From Trichoplax adhaerens (Eukaryota; Animalia; Placozoa), in contig NW_002060955.1 of the NCBI RefSeq assembly GCF_000150275.1, positions 850,287 to 914,286 on the forward strand: a stretch of 64,000 bases of DNA, in the 5' to 3' direction. Of the stretch, positions 26,477 to 41,300 are shown in pieces (position 1 is the stretch's first letter; the number at the start of each line of letters is the position of its first letter). The notes below the pieces were generated by a model. It was not told the DNA's origin. It saw only the letters and a program-made list of their open reading frames with translations, and searched no databases. The position numbers and the translations under genes are program-made.

Positions 26477-26744
26477 TACCCTTCTACAGCAGCTAACATT
26501 CACAAGTCATCTTATAAAAATACTTAGGTGAGAACATCTACTAACTAGTTTTTCACAGTCGGACTACAATACGTCCATTCACAGAATCATTTCAGTACAC
26601 ATTACAGCACAGCATTAAATTTACTGTAACACATTTATAATTAGAGTAATTCCTATTGTAAGGAACTAGATGTAATATATTATCACTATATTATATTAAC
26701 CAAATTTAGATAGCTATTTCTTCACGGTAGTTCGTACCGTGACA
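26477..26744 (-). mobile_element. Truncated LTR family A (U3 portion only)
   Basis: Near-identical to about 25897-26163; ends TTCGTACCGTGACA; R/U5 missing, no TSD seen. Confidence 0.9.
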
Positions 26745-27096
26745 GGGTGATACTGTATTGCAGTCCCAAGCTTAATCTTCTTTTTCAAGCCAAGGTATCA
26801 AGGTGGTGCTAGCATTTATTGAAGGATATACTGTATCAATAGTACACACGACAATAAATAGCATTCTAGCCGTGATGCTTTTACCATGCTTAGGTATCGT
26901 CAAAATTAGATCAAACTATGTCAGTAAAGGAAGAGCAATATAAACAATCCATACAGTGTATTAAAGATTTCAACGCCGGCAAATAACTTGGTAACTTGAC
27001 GTATATGCGTGTATGTACAGTAAATTATATTAACACCGCTAAGATAGAGTGGATATTCCTACTAAAAGAACGAATTAGTATAATAAAACAGAGTTA

Positions 27097-27645
27097 TATT
27101 ACGGGGCTATCTTACCGTTAGGATATTTAGCAGTGCATTAGTAGCTAATACGGAAAATATCCATATTTGTAGTGCTAGGTAAGATAAGTAATGGCTTAAC
27201 GTTGATATTATTGTGATATTTTATTACATATTTGATATTGATTCTTATTAAGTGTAGATAGTAGTAAAATGATTCAATTTCTAGCTAATGATAGTTGGAC
27301 TAGACAACATACATGCTTAGATTAAGATTAAGTATGAGTAATAGGTTAAAAATATTTACTGATAGAAAAGTTATATAAGGAACATCTCAGTTCGAGACAG
27401 CCATCCTTGAAAGGTATAATTGTAATGCTGTTGTCATTTTAAAAATTAGACGCTTCCAATGTAAACGAGAATATTTGAGTTGAGCTGTATTGTAAAAAGT
27501 TGTAGATGTGTCTATGCTAATAAAATTTCTATCTTTACGGTACCTTGCTATGTGTGTTTAAAGTTTAGTAAAAGAGCGTTTAAGTCAGTCGTTACTAATA
27601 GTCTTTTACTTTATATTTCTTTGTCGCAAAGTTTAAAATGTGACA
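27097..27645 (+). mobile_element. Solo LTR family C (549 bp)
   Basis: TATTACGG (decayed TGTTAC)...TGTGACA, TSD AGTTA (27092-27096, 27646-27650); homologous to 6584-7703 in the opposite orientation. Confidence 0.85.
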
Positions 27646-28942
27646 AGTTAATAAGAAGTTGTATATTGTTCTTATTATATTATTTTTGAGGCATTTAATC
27701 ACAAATACTAGTAACATTTTTCATAGATACCTGTACTAGGATACCTAGAGGATGATATTCCTAAAACATATCGTATGCAGTAATGACAGAATGTCTCGTT
27801 AAAATTCCTTACTAGGCCTTAACTATTATGCTAAGATACTTAAGATTATACGCGATTACATAATATATTCTGTCTAAGTTATGTTACATTGGCCATTTCA
27901 ATTACTTCTTATTGTGAATATTAAATATATCTACCTTTAACGATGAAATACTGTATCATTAACAAAAAGGTTATAAAGTGAAAATGATTATAAAAAGTTT
28001 TGATATTAATTCGATCCACGAAGCTATTTTTCAGTTATTTAATTAAGCAATTTCAAGCAACATATTATATAAGATTTCTCAGTATATCTCAGTTTATATC
28101 AAGTCAAATGAAATAACCTGAAATAAAAATTTTGTTATTATTTCTTGTTCACTATCTAAGCAAGAATTTATTAATTTGTAAATAAATGACCAGTAACAAC
28201 GGCAAAGATCTGACAAAATGGACAATTAGTCAACAATATATAAGTTATCCATTATTTTATATTCACCATCAGAATTCTCCAAAAATGTTAATTATTGAAT
28301 TATAGACAATTACTGACAGTAGAAACTAGAATAACTTCAACAATGTAATATTGTACTGCAGCATAATGATAAATGTAATATGCCAAGAAATTTTAAACCA
28401 ATTTAGCGTATTTCGACGGTGTCGAAGATCGCCGTTAAGTATAAATACGTTATATTGATCGTATACAGTGATAGCTAGCTGTAAAGTTATAGCCTATGAA
28501 ACAAATTAGTATTTCAGCAAGAACAAGTGAATCAGTTAGACACCGGATTTATATGACAGCTTGAAGTTCAGATCAAGTTCTAATCATGATTGGCTCGTGT
28601 TATATGCGTGTTCTACCGCTTCTTTAAATTAGAACATAAAGTGATATGAATTAAGGCCCAAGAATATACGACAACTGTGCCGTTTATTAGTATTAATTTT
28701 CACGTATATATAGATACTGGTACGTTATATAGTTGCTCGTGGATATAGATAGAAGGTATAAGAGCGAGTTACTTTTCGCAATAAAGAGAATTCGCTATTC
28801 TATCCTTTATGCGTCAAGTCTATATCATATTTGCTGCAAAACTGAAGGAAAAAATTCATAGTTGTCACGGGAATTAATGTTGATAAGTATTTGGAGATAG
28901 TAGGAGAACCAGAAATATCTACTGTGTATCTTATTAATTATT

Positions 28943-29378
28943 TGTCACAAACCAGCTTCGTGACAAGGATAACGTAAAACAAATCTCTACATTACTATAG
29001 TCTCCGGGATTCAGTATCCCTACTCACAAGAATTTAGACGCCTTTGATTCTACGTTAAACTCAACTAGACAATTGAGAACTGCTTTATTCAACTATCTGA
29101 CGGGCTTATACACCCTTCTACAGCAGCTAACATTCACAAGTCATCTTAAAAAAATACTTAAGTGAGAACATCTACTAACTAATTCTTCACAGTCGGACTA
29201 CAATATGTCCATTCACAGAATCATTTTAGTGCACATTACAACACAGCATTAAATTTACTGTAACACATTTATAATTAGAGTAATTCCTATTGTAAGTAAC
29301 TAGTTGTAATATATTATCACTATAATATATTAACTAAATTTAGATAGCTATTTCTTTACGGTAATTCGTACCGTGACA
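28943..29378 (-). mobile_element. Solo LTR family A (436 bp)
   Basis: TGTCAC...GTGACA, TSD TTATT (28938-28942, 29379-29383). Confidence 0.95.
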
Positions 29379-32265
29379 TTATTACAACTAGTTCTAATAT
29401 CACCCTCAGTGATATCTTTAGATTTTCACTTTAACTTGCTTTCTAAAATCAACAGAGATGGAGAATATTAAAAGTCATAGGTCGACTTATTCAAGACTTG
29501 GATAAGGAGAACGTAGAGAAAAGAAAGCCAGGATAGTTTATAACATCATCTTCAGCAGGGCAAATAAGCAGTAAAGCTCTTTCAAATAATTTAATGCGGA
29601 CAGTATCTTTATTCAATCATATCATTTTCGGATCGAAATCGTTAAAGTATCGGTATTCCAAAGCTCATACAGTCGTATTCTCATCATGATATAGGAAACA
29701 GTCTACTTGCTATCTATTCTATGATTTACTCGATTACAAATAATAGGCGAACCGTGGATAAATAAGTTGATCAATTGCAGTTTACTATTATAATATTACA
29801 GCTATTCTCAACTGCTATAATTTTTATGTCGTTGCTCTAATTCTTCTATCTATTTAATGAGTAACTTAATTCCGTTTTCCTTGACTTAACTTTATTATAA
29901 TGATGTTATTGTTCATCGGATTGAGACATAAAGATTTTTTTTAAATTAAATACGATCTTCCTATATTTCTATATTTCTAATACTTATTTTAGCTTAGTAT
30001 TTATGTCAATTAAAGATAAAATCGAATGAAATTACTTTGATTGTTCCTAGCAGATGTAGACTATTCCAATAATATCGCCATTGTTCTAGTTGTCTTCTTG
30101 AAAGCTAAAAGTAGTAGTCAAAGAAATTGGTTGTATATGTAATAATCGCATTATTGAGCACATGATCAATTTGACGCTTATGATATTTATTATTAGACAC
30201 AGTGGTGCATTCCGAGTCGGACATAAAAAAATAACTATATTTTAATGAATTGGCTGCTTTAACTTAAAGATTATAATGGAGAATATGACAAGGATTTATA
30301 TTTATGACAATTTGAATCAACTTGCTCATTTAGTCGTCAAATATTCTGTTACTGAGGCAGAAACATATATGCATATATACTTTAAGATATTTTTGAAATT
30401 AATTACGGTTCATCTATTTGAAAGTTTAAATTAATACATTGACTATAAATAATAAGAAGCCTTGCTTTAGCTTTTTCGTAAAGTAATTTGGACTAACAGG
30501 TATATTTGATAAATATAAACTAAGCCATTTTGATAATTGGGGTATTTCATAAAGTTTCCAGAGTAACACTTTTAAGATAAGGCATAAAAAGGGTTGGTAA
30601 TAAAAACAGAAAGGCTGAAATATAAATATTTAACTTTCTCAAGGTATTATTTCTTAATAATTTCTTGAGCGTTTAGTCAAATATACTAAATCTTGAAATT
30701 ATTACCTCATAAGATCAAAACTGAACTGATAGAAAAAATTATATGCATTTTTATTTTTTCCTACAGGTATTTTGTCATAGTGTTGTTTTTTGTTTCTAAG
30801 ACCATCAGTGATTACCTTTAAAGATAATATGGCCACTGTTGTGTGTAAAATTTAACAAAATTATGTTATTAAAACTATACTAAATTTTGTAGTTGGTTCT
30901 AGAGGACGTACTGTATATGTATAAAATCTGAAATTTCGTATCATCTTCTCTTCTTACGTAACTTAAACTGTTTAGTTGAATCTAAATCAAAGAAATGATA
31001 TAGTATATGATACTAAGATCTATTAAATTATTCATACTGCAATCAAGAAATAATTAACCGTTAAGCTTTTGTAATACTACAGTAGCTGATATAGGTGAGT
31101 GATGCCAATTTTATCATAGAGAACAGTAAAAGCTCCACATTATGAAACCCAATATGACTTTATCGTGACATAAAACTGAGACAAGTTAGTACGTCGAATT
31201 ACTTGAGCTACAATTAAGGTATAACAAATTAAATGTCTTGACTTTTAATCCCGATAAAAACTACGCGCTAGACTGCCGGCTAGGAGCACGTGTTACTTAT
31301 AAACAGGCTTGGTACTCATTCCATTAACAATTTTCTGGCACTGCAAAACTGTTCAAACTTAATCCAGCTGACAAGGCAACTTGCATCCTGTGAATAACGA
31401 TAATCTTGTCGGAGTTATAAAGAAAGTCAGAGATCCTTTTATTAAATCGCTATATTAATTTCAAGCCAAATCACTAAGAAGGGGAGCTTCTTGCAGTGAT
31501 TTTCACTTTAGTCTTGATCAAATAAGAAAGGTTCTAGTCATTAATGCTCAATTCTGCATCCTCTATCAATAAATATAAGGGCGACGACTCCCAGTAGTAT
31601 CCATTACGAATTTAACTTGGATAGAATACAGACATCAGTTTAGGCTAACATTTGCAATTAATACTCGTATACAGTTATCATCATTGGTTGATTACTTCAA
31701 AGATCAAGCTCTGTATGTGTTGCTAATGTAGCAATCTTAACAATTCTTTGGCTTTATTTGCAACTTCAGAAGCAAGGGTAACGAAAGTGGGTGAGGTTCG
31801 CATAAGGTAGAAAGATCGCTATAAGATCAATAGATCATCATAAAATGCTGGTAATTAATTTTGTCTTGATTTTCAACTGATAAATAAAGATTATCATATA
31901 ATTTTAAGTTAACTCCGTGATTATTCCGTAATGTGAAAACCGCTATGGTAGATCAAGTTAAGGAACAGAACCATCGATAAAATTTCTACAATTCCATTTA
32001 TGTTTTGATCAAATCATCCGTGACTCAACGAAATTGACTAATGGAACAGATTAGAATTACATTCCCAGAATATAAAATATCTATACGCATTCATAACACC
32101 TATAATTACCTATATTTATAGCTATTATGAGATGAAAGTTAGAGCTGGTTGAGTCCCCAAAAATGCAGACAATAATTATAATTAATTAGTCTAAGTGATG
32201 ATATTTTTGAAAATAAATGACGATATCAATTTCCGCGCCGTAGTCACTCGATCTGCTAAAGCTAC

Positions 32266-32847
32266 TGTCACAATCACAAACCAAACTCGCGGTGAAGATA
32301 ACCTAAAACAAATCTCTAAATTACTATAGTTTCCGGGATTCAGTATCCCTTAACTAGAACTATTTCACAAGAATTTAGACACCTTTGCTTCTACGTTTGA
32401 CAACTATAGAACTCTTCTTTTATACAATTATCTGCGAAGCTTAAATACCCCTTCAGCTACAGCTATCATGCATTTGTTATACCAGTCCATGAAATTTACT
32501 TCATATTTGATAGCTAAATTAATACAGAAATTGTTCATAATCTTAAATATGTACTGAATGATTCTAGGTAATTAGATTACAGTAGTGCATACACAGAATT
32601 ATTTATAGTATCACCTATAATTGAATATCTTCAGGATATTCATCATAAGCGTTACAAGACATAACACTATAATCAATTAACATTAGTTTCCGTATGAGAA
32701 CTCTTACTACAGTACAGCATAATTTACTGTAACAAAATAAAAACTACCGTAGTTACTGTAAGTCATTATTATTTATCTTTATACAGTATATAAATTTTAA
32801 CCACTAAACTTAGTCATTTACGCTTTACGGTGGTTTGTACCACGAAA
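32266..32847 (-). mobile_element. Older, longer solo LTR related to family A (582 bp)
   Basis: Shares AAAACAAATCTCTAAATTACTATAGT.TCCGGGATTCAGTATCCCT and the TTTACGGT..TT.GTAC end with family A; different middle; TSD GCTAC (32261-32265, 32848-32852). Confidence 0.85.
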
Positions 32848-35376
32848 GCTACGCATTTAACAGATAGAAGACAATCCCGAATTTTCACCTTTACTTATTT
32901 TGTTCCCATCTATGATTGCTTTAAAGCCAATATCTGGTATCAACAAGCAAATATATCATTGGCTATCACAATTCGTAATGAATAAGGATAGCTCATTTGA
33001 AGATATTTTTTTAGTAGCTGATTCATCTATAGCCAATATTACTGGATAGTTTGGATCTAAAAGTAGCACTTACGGTAATTTAGTTATTCTTATGCCTACA
33101 GTATGATATAATAGCTTAAATAATATAATATAATGTAAAAGAGGACAACAGAATAATTCGATGTAAGCCAGATTTTATAAATAATATCCGGTTTATTCGA
33201 AATAGGATAAGTTGCTAATAGAATATGGTAAATTTATTTCAACTTTCAATGTCCTATCACTTTAAAAGAGTGAAGCCTAACACAATATTTTTACTTAGGC
33301 TGCGTTTACTTTTATACAAATCTAATGCAAGGTAAGAGAATCAATATAGCTAGGCTATAAAGCGGATTACTTTTCAAGAAATAATACTTTTATTAGATGT
33401 TTTTATGAGGATAGTTTAATTTAGTTTTTTATATTCTGGTTTCACTCAGGATTAGCATAATAAGTGATACTTGCTTTCTTATTTTAAAATTAGATAGTAA
33501 AGACAGGGAACAAACACAAGCAAATAAGCAGTGGATGCATTAATTTGCCTAAAATTGATCGATTAAGATTAATGTTTGAATGTAGGGAATTTAAAGTAAC
33601 AATGCTACCAGTAGCTTTTCTGCGGTATCTTATTCCATTATAACGTATACCAAAATTGTGCTAACGGTAGTAGCCGTTAAAGTAGTTGAAAAATCTTTGC
33701 AATCGCATTTGGCTACGTACCAAAATCTATAGCAGTATAAATATAGTAACATAACGGTAAATATTATAAATATTCTCTATTTTGATTATTGAAGATTAAA
33801 AATTCTTAACTGATGCTTAAAATAAATTATAAGTATGAGTAACTGGTTGTAGAAGTACTATAAACAGATAATAAAAGATGGCTGAAATTATACTATTAAT
33901 TCTTAGTTAGCGATATCTTTAGGTCTATACGGCCCTTCATATCATAAATCCACCTAAATTATGCGGAGAAATCAAACATTTATTGCTGATAATAATCGGT
34001 TGAAGCTACAACCGGCAATTTGTTAGCTATTCACTAAGCGAACACTAAAAATTTAAATAAAAAATTGAATAGAGTGGCTATCATGATAGGTACATTTTCC
34101 ATTATAACCATCACCATTATCTATTAAAATTTTCGACGACATTGGAAATTAATTGAAAGCCTAATAAATAACTTAAATCAATAGAAATATACATTATTGT
34201 TCTGTTTTAGCTATTAACCACGTGATTGGTCACTCTTGATTAATATTTTACTAAGCAGGTGGATGTGAATTTATTTGTTTATTGTTTTGTCCAATACGTA
34301 TTAGCTTAGATCTACCCTATTGTTTCTCTTATTCGGTTGCTTCCTTATTCCAAATATACTCAACTTCGATTCAGACGTTTGATGCTGTCAATATATCACA
34401 GTCTAATCTTGGATTAGAATTTAAAGTCATCACCTAGTATTGCATTAGCAAATATTACATGACGAATCTGATCGTGATAAGCTTTGTAATACCAATTTTA
34501 TGCATATGCAAAAAGATCTCAAAATATTATCTCGCTCGTAAAGTTTTATTAAGTGCACTAGGTAAGAAAATTGATATTTGAAAATGATTATACTCTGTAT
34601 AGTTTTACATTGATGCTAATAATAATCTTGTTGCAAATAAATAAACTAGACATCGAAAATTTACCATATTTTTACATTGCACATATAGATATTGATTTTT
34701 CTTGCGTGATGACTATTAGTGGATGATAGCAATAATATCAATATCGCTTAATGCTATCTACCCAAATATTAATTACTCTACATCAAGCAAGTAATATGGA
34801 ACTCCGATTATTTTATTGGTAATGGATAGCAACACATTATAATGATCATATCTTCCAAAGTAGTTATGTAGCTAACTGAATTATAAATGAATTTTTCTCA
34901 TTGTAATTTTTTTTTGGGACATTAATTGACTTTAACTTTGACTAAATTTTACCCAATTTTGCTAAAATACCTTCACAATATATCCTTCATAAATTAATTT
35001 GCATTATTTTTTGTTATGTGTTATGCGTATGTGTTTAGAAAGTCGAACAGAAATGTTAATAAGGTAGCTCTACGTCATTTCAAATCTGCAGTAAAGAGAC
35101 GAAAGTGGCTCTCAATTCATTATTTTAATATTTAAACTTTTTAATGTTTCATTTTTTTACTTACGCAAATTGATATTAATCTACGATCAGCAGCCATGCT
35201 TATATTAACATTCTTAAATTATTCTAATAATTTTGTCAGCATTATCATTGCCCGAACAGCATAGATTCACTTATCCATTACACTAATAAGATTTCTCCTT
35301 TTTTATCTTACTATAAATTGGTTTATCAGGCTATTAGCAGAAAGAATTACAAGCATTTGTTTAAATAGTTTTACCA

Positions 35377-38300
35377 ATGGGCTGCTTAGTAAGTAAAGAT
35401 GAAAGAGCCGCAGCAGAACGAAGTAAAATAATTGATAAAAATTTGAAAGCCTCCGGCGATGTATCAGCTAAAGAAGTAAAATTGCTTCTGTTAGGTACTA
35501 AATTGATGATGTTCTTGCTTTTATCATGCTTTATTAAATCGTTATATAGTAATCATAATAACTTATTACCATCCAGTTTAAACAAGATACTTTAGTACTG
35601 TAAGAAAATTTAACTATTTGAGCGAAAACAGCACGACAATAATAAATAGAATATTATCTATAAAATACGAACAAAATCATTAAAATTGTTTCAATAACTA
35701 GCATTGTGAAACAGCCCGTTTAAAAAAAAATAACACCAAAAGCGGTAAAATTGTTTTATAGATAGATTTTACTAAAGGATATGTATGTGATGATTAGTGA
35801 TAAATTTGATAACTAATTGGCAATATCATTAAGACTCATAAGTGAATATTGTTGAAGCTACCCAACCCATAATCTTATTTAAACTGATTCATTTACTATC
35901 CAAAAAACGGATAAAACAAGATTTGAACGAAGCTAATTAAGTAAATCTATTTTTTACTTCTTGCACTTTCACAATCCAATCATTATACTTATAACTATCT
36001 ATCTGGATCAAATTTTTATTGACTTGATATGTTTCTCGTTATTTTAAAATATCATACGGTGTATCAAGGATAATTAAGATTCTGTTATCTGTAAAATACT
36101 AGCAGTAACATTTTATATAATTAGTAAAGTTTAAGATATTCTGCTGGTTGCCATGGAAATATCAGTTTCCGAAATGAATATAAATGAATATTAATACTTG
36201 CATATGTACTTGGAATTTTATCATTATTTAAATAGATGATCCCTATCAAATATAAAGATTTAATCATCCTATATAATTACGTTGTTTGTAAGAATACTAG
36301 TCCTGATATTTTACTTAAAACTTTAATAGTTTTGGGAGCAAAGTTAGTGCTGGCTACAAAGTATTCCATGGTGAAATGCATTACAATTTTCATAAAACTT
36401 ATTCTTCGTGTCCGGTAGCAAATAATTAGTATTATTCACAGATATGCCAATTACGATATTGTCCTTGATGCGCTGATAATTTACAATAATTACTGCAGTG
36501 ACATGCTGTATAAATTTATAGTCTTATTTTTTTTATGTTATGTGTTTTTTGGCACTACAGTTAAGAAAGTTTTATATTTTAATTAACAAACTTCTTAAGT
36601 TATATTATACGTAGCAAGAATCTTATTTCACTAACAGAAAAGTATACACTGTAAGCTTGATTAAGTCTAATTAAGTCCAACTTTTATGATATCCGGCGAT
36701 TACAATTTCTATCATTAATGTATATGTCCACATATAGCCCACAATTATGCATTAAAAAAGCATACAATATGTAAATGTATATATACTTGCTAAACCTGCA
36801 CATCTAGATAGCACACTAAGGTATTATTCTTGATAAATTAATTTCTTTTAAATAAATTTAAAATGTAAGAGTTTAATGTTGACTTAAAAAGATGTATAAT
36901 GCAACTTCATAAAGCATAGTGCACAAAAGAAAATAGTTATGTGGAGGCGTAAACATTGCAATTGCTAACTTGAAGTTTTACTCCTTCGGCAATGTTGCCT
37001 AAATAGTAAAGTACGGTCAAGTAATCGAACCTTAGAATTAAGAAAAGTATATAAAGATGATGACGATTGTATGAAATTTATTTGATATACAATAATGACG
37101 AGAGGCCATAATACCGATAGGTTTTTACAGGATAAGATTTCGATTCTGTCATAATGTAGGCGTATAATTGGTGTATCTTCATTTAGGTAGATTCGAATTA
37201 TTTATGTTATAGAAAATAAAAATTTGCTCATTCTTCTCCTTCCATCCTTGCAAATACGTTATAACACAATAATATCTAAAATCCGGATTTTATTTTAAAC
37301 CTTAATTTTAAAAGTTAAGTGTTGTAAAATGCAATAGATCATTAAATCGGTTACCAGCATGCATTTTATTACACTTTTTTTTAATTGATGGTATTAATAT
37401 TGCTATCAATTTATCTATTGTTGAAATTTTAAAGTAACGAAAGTGCCCCTAAATCATTCTAAAGACTCTAATTATTACGTGGATATCACAATACCGTATT
37501 GAAATCGTTGATCATGAATATTATTTCCATTAAGATTTCCATTGTATCTGCCAGAAACTAAATATTTTCTATTATTTTCTAGGATAAAATTAATAGTGAA
37601 TTTAACTAATTTAGTGCTTCATCCTCGAAAATGAATGCATTTCCTATCAAATATTTTCGTAAATAAAAATGTGTTTCTACAAGATGATATAATTCATGTA
37701 TTGTATCTTGTATAATGTAAAAGACTTTAGTCTATTTAACTATCAAATAAGTTTAATTACTATGTAGCTGTCAATCATCTTCAGAACCCAAGATGATACA
37801 GCTACATGTATAAATAATTCAACTGAAATAATTATTCAATATAGAATAAATCTTTAACATTCATAACTAAATCATATTTTATACTTAAACCTTATTTATA
37901 ATTTTGTCTAATGAAGGTGCTGGAGAATCGGGTAAAAGCACTATCGTTAAGCAAATGAGGTAATAATTACCGTTTATGTTAAGATGCAATTAAAAGTCGT
38001 TTTATAACTCTTAAACAGTACTAGGTTATATCTAATGAGAGTTAATATAAAAAATATGACAATGGCGAAACTGCAATTACCTTATTATGTATATACGTTC
38101 ATATATTAAATAATCAACGATACATAGACCAGTATTTCTTTTCTGGTTGTCATGAACTGTTATTTGGGTTCGGTCCATCAGCCAACCATGACAGTAGCCA
38201 TAGCGGCTATCATCTAGTCATTACTTTTGTAGTATTCTTTCTGTAGAAAGTATTTCATATTCTGCAACATAGCGAATTTATTAATCGCAATATGTCATTA

Positions 38301-41300
38301 TTTGTGTGACATCCAATAAATTACGTTACTGATTTATTGTTTAAAAATAGAATAATCCATGAAAAAGGCTACAGTGAACAGGATTGCGTGCAATACAGGC
38401 CAGTCGTCTATAATAATACTGTTCAATCGTTGGCGACAATTATTCGAGCTTGCGGTCCCTTAGGTATACCGTTTGAAAATCCATCACTTAAGGTATAACC
38501 AATTTTATGTTCATATATCTTGTAATAATTATTCTATAATCATTCTGTAAGCTTCTATAAAATTATCGTCATTCTTTGAAATACGGATTTATAAGTAATT
38601 CAAGGCATAAAGTTAAATGCTGCTGTTTTTATTTATTGTACTATTACTGGGTTAAAAATATTTCGGTAGAGCTAGGAAATAATTCTATGCTACAATTATT
38701 GATTAAATATACCGGCTTAGCTTATAAATTTCTTGATTCGTTTCTAGCTTTACATTTAAAAGAAACTACTCAGTAACTTAACAAAAGTGACAGATAATTT
38801 TATATATACGATGCATTTCACGACAGTAATTATTTTAGTTGATGGAAATTAAATAAAATAAAGAATATGCATACATTTATTTTGATACTGTTCTTTATCA
38901 ATTAATTATCAACACTCTAACCAGAAAATTTCTTATTAAAGAGCTTTATTGTTATATAGTAATTTTTTTATTTCCTTACTGATATTAATTTATACAGTAC
39001 TAACCTTAACATGTTTATCAATTACAATATTTCTTTTAGTGCTATTAACAGGTATCAAGTCCAATTAGATAGGATACCTAGGAATAAATAATAAATATGA
39101 CAAATTTGAAGCTTATGCATCGATATTTGTCTTTAAATCCTTTCCTTATACTTCATTCGGTTTGCAATAGGATTTATCTAAGGAATATTTTAGTATGATT
39201 GAACGCCAAGGCGACAGTGTTGAACTAAGTAAAAAATTACTGACTCTTATGAAGACTATTTGGGCGGATAATGGAATCCAAGAGTCTTTCAAGCGATCTA
39301 GGGAATACCAGTTGAATGATTCTGCAGGATAGTAAGTTCTAAACTCTCTATATTTTTATGAAATGAACATTCGTAAATCTCATTGAAAATTGTGCCCGGT
39401 TTTTTCTATGACGATATCGCCATGCTTAATATATAAATTAAGAAATATGCGTAAATATGACTAATCTCTTGGTATTTTATCCACGAAAAAGATTAGATTA
39501 ATTGTCTTTTACGACATGTTCATGCTTTTTAGCAACTAGATTAATTAAGTTGATTGATTTGATGAATACTTGCAATATAATTTAGTTATTTGAATGATAT
39601 CGATCGCCTGGGAACGTCAAATTATATTCCGACCCAACAAGACGTATTAAGGACAAGAGTGAAAACAACCGGAATTGTAGAGACACAATTTTCTTTCAGG
39701 GATTTTCGTTTTAAGTAATTACTTTTCCAAACGATCATAGTAGATTACTTAACCTAGTCAATTTGCTTTTTCTAAGAAGCAATTAGAGATTGTAATAGTT
39801 ATATAATCCACTGATAAGCATGCTCTTGTTTCCGTAATACTGTTATCAGTTTTTACTCAATACTATACTTTATGGTATTTACGATGTTTTTTTCATAAAT
39901 ATTATCATAGTCATTAACAATATGCAAATAATTTAGAATGGTAGATGTTGGAGGCCAGCGAAGCGAACGGAAAAAGTGGATTCATTGTTTTGAAGGTGTA
40001 ACAGCCATAATATTTTGTGTTTCATTGAGCGCATATGATTTAAAACTGGCGGAAGATGAAGAAATGGTAAGTTAAATTTACAAGTAGAGTTACAAATATT
40101 TAACTTATAACGAGAGATTGGAACACTGACATTATTCAGAGCTTGATCGATAATTATTTTCTATAGTATTAGCCTAGAAGCTTTCTTTAATCGTCACGAT
40201 ATTACTGAAAATTTAATTTCAGATCATGTAATCAGGTCATATCGGATCAGTTGATATAGTCAATTTGATCGTGTATATCAAGAATTGCCGTATCTATAAG
40301 TTTATAAAGGCTGAGATAATTTTCTGTGTTTACTACAGCTACTATAGTTTAAGACCACGATTTATCTTTTAAACATCATGCGTTGATGAAATAAATTTTC
40401 GACCTTAGCTATTATGTAAATATAATTGCAATGTTGTTTTTCTATACTACATTATCTAAAGTACGAAGTAGTAAATACACACCGTAAATATTATTTATGC
40501 CCTTAAGCCTATTAAATGAAAAATAATAAATCATTTGCGTGAAAATTGACCGTCCATTATAATGATTGAAGATGCTATAATAATACTCTTGTACTCATAC
40601 GCAAGGCATAAATGATTCTTTTTTATGATAAAAGTATGAACAATTGGAGTAAAAGATACAACACATATACGTATACCGTAGAATAATAGTTATTTTAGGC
40701 TTAGATACAACTGCCAATTCGGAGAGATTTTTCAATAAATTAGATACTAAGATTAGTATCGTAACTTGATAGGGTTATAGCACTTTCTAATTTCTATACT
40801 GTAAAAGTGCAATATTGTACGATTAGCTTATAATACCACAGTCCAAGGTAATATTTTACTGTAGATTATTTATTTCGCATTAACAATGTATGAAATTTAT
40901 ATTTTAGATTATTCAAAGATGTATATCAATAATACGCGTAGTTTTGTTGATTTTTCAATATTATACCGATAAAAGTATACTCATTTATTGTATTACATTG
41001 GTAGGATATTGATTTCAGGGAGGGTTTAGGCTTTCATTGAATTAAAATATGCTGAAGCGATTTGGAAAGATTAACTTTCTTCATAATCTTCAATTCTTTT
41101 TGCTGTATCTTACTGTCGTGTTCAGCCTACGATACCTAAACCATTGCATAATTCCACATATAATTTATAGCTGATTTACTTGACTACAATCAGAGTTAGT
41201 GTTGTTTGAGTGGTACTTTGTGGATTATTTGCTAAAAATTTGTACTGCCAAAAAGATTGTAATCATTATGAAGTAAAAGGCACTCTACCATTTAGTAATT

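Noticed and set aside
28863-28942. TGTCACGG start suggesting an older LTR hosting the 28943 insertion
   Set aside because: No matching terminus or TSD (ATAGT) found downstream.
31260-31900. Slightly less AT-rich stretch that might be a decayed coding or gag remnant
   Set aside because: Frames I tried are stop-interrupted and no motif could be supported without a translated search.
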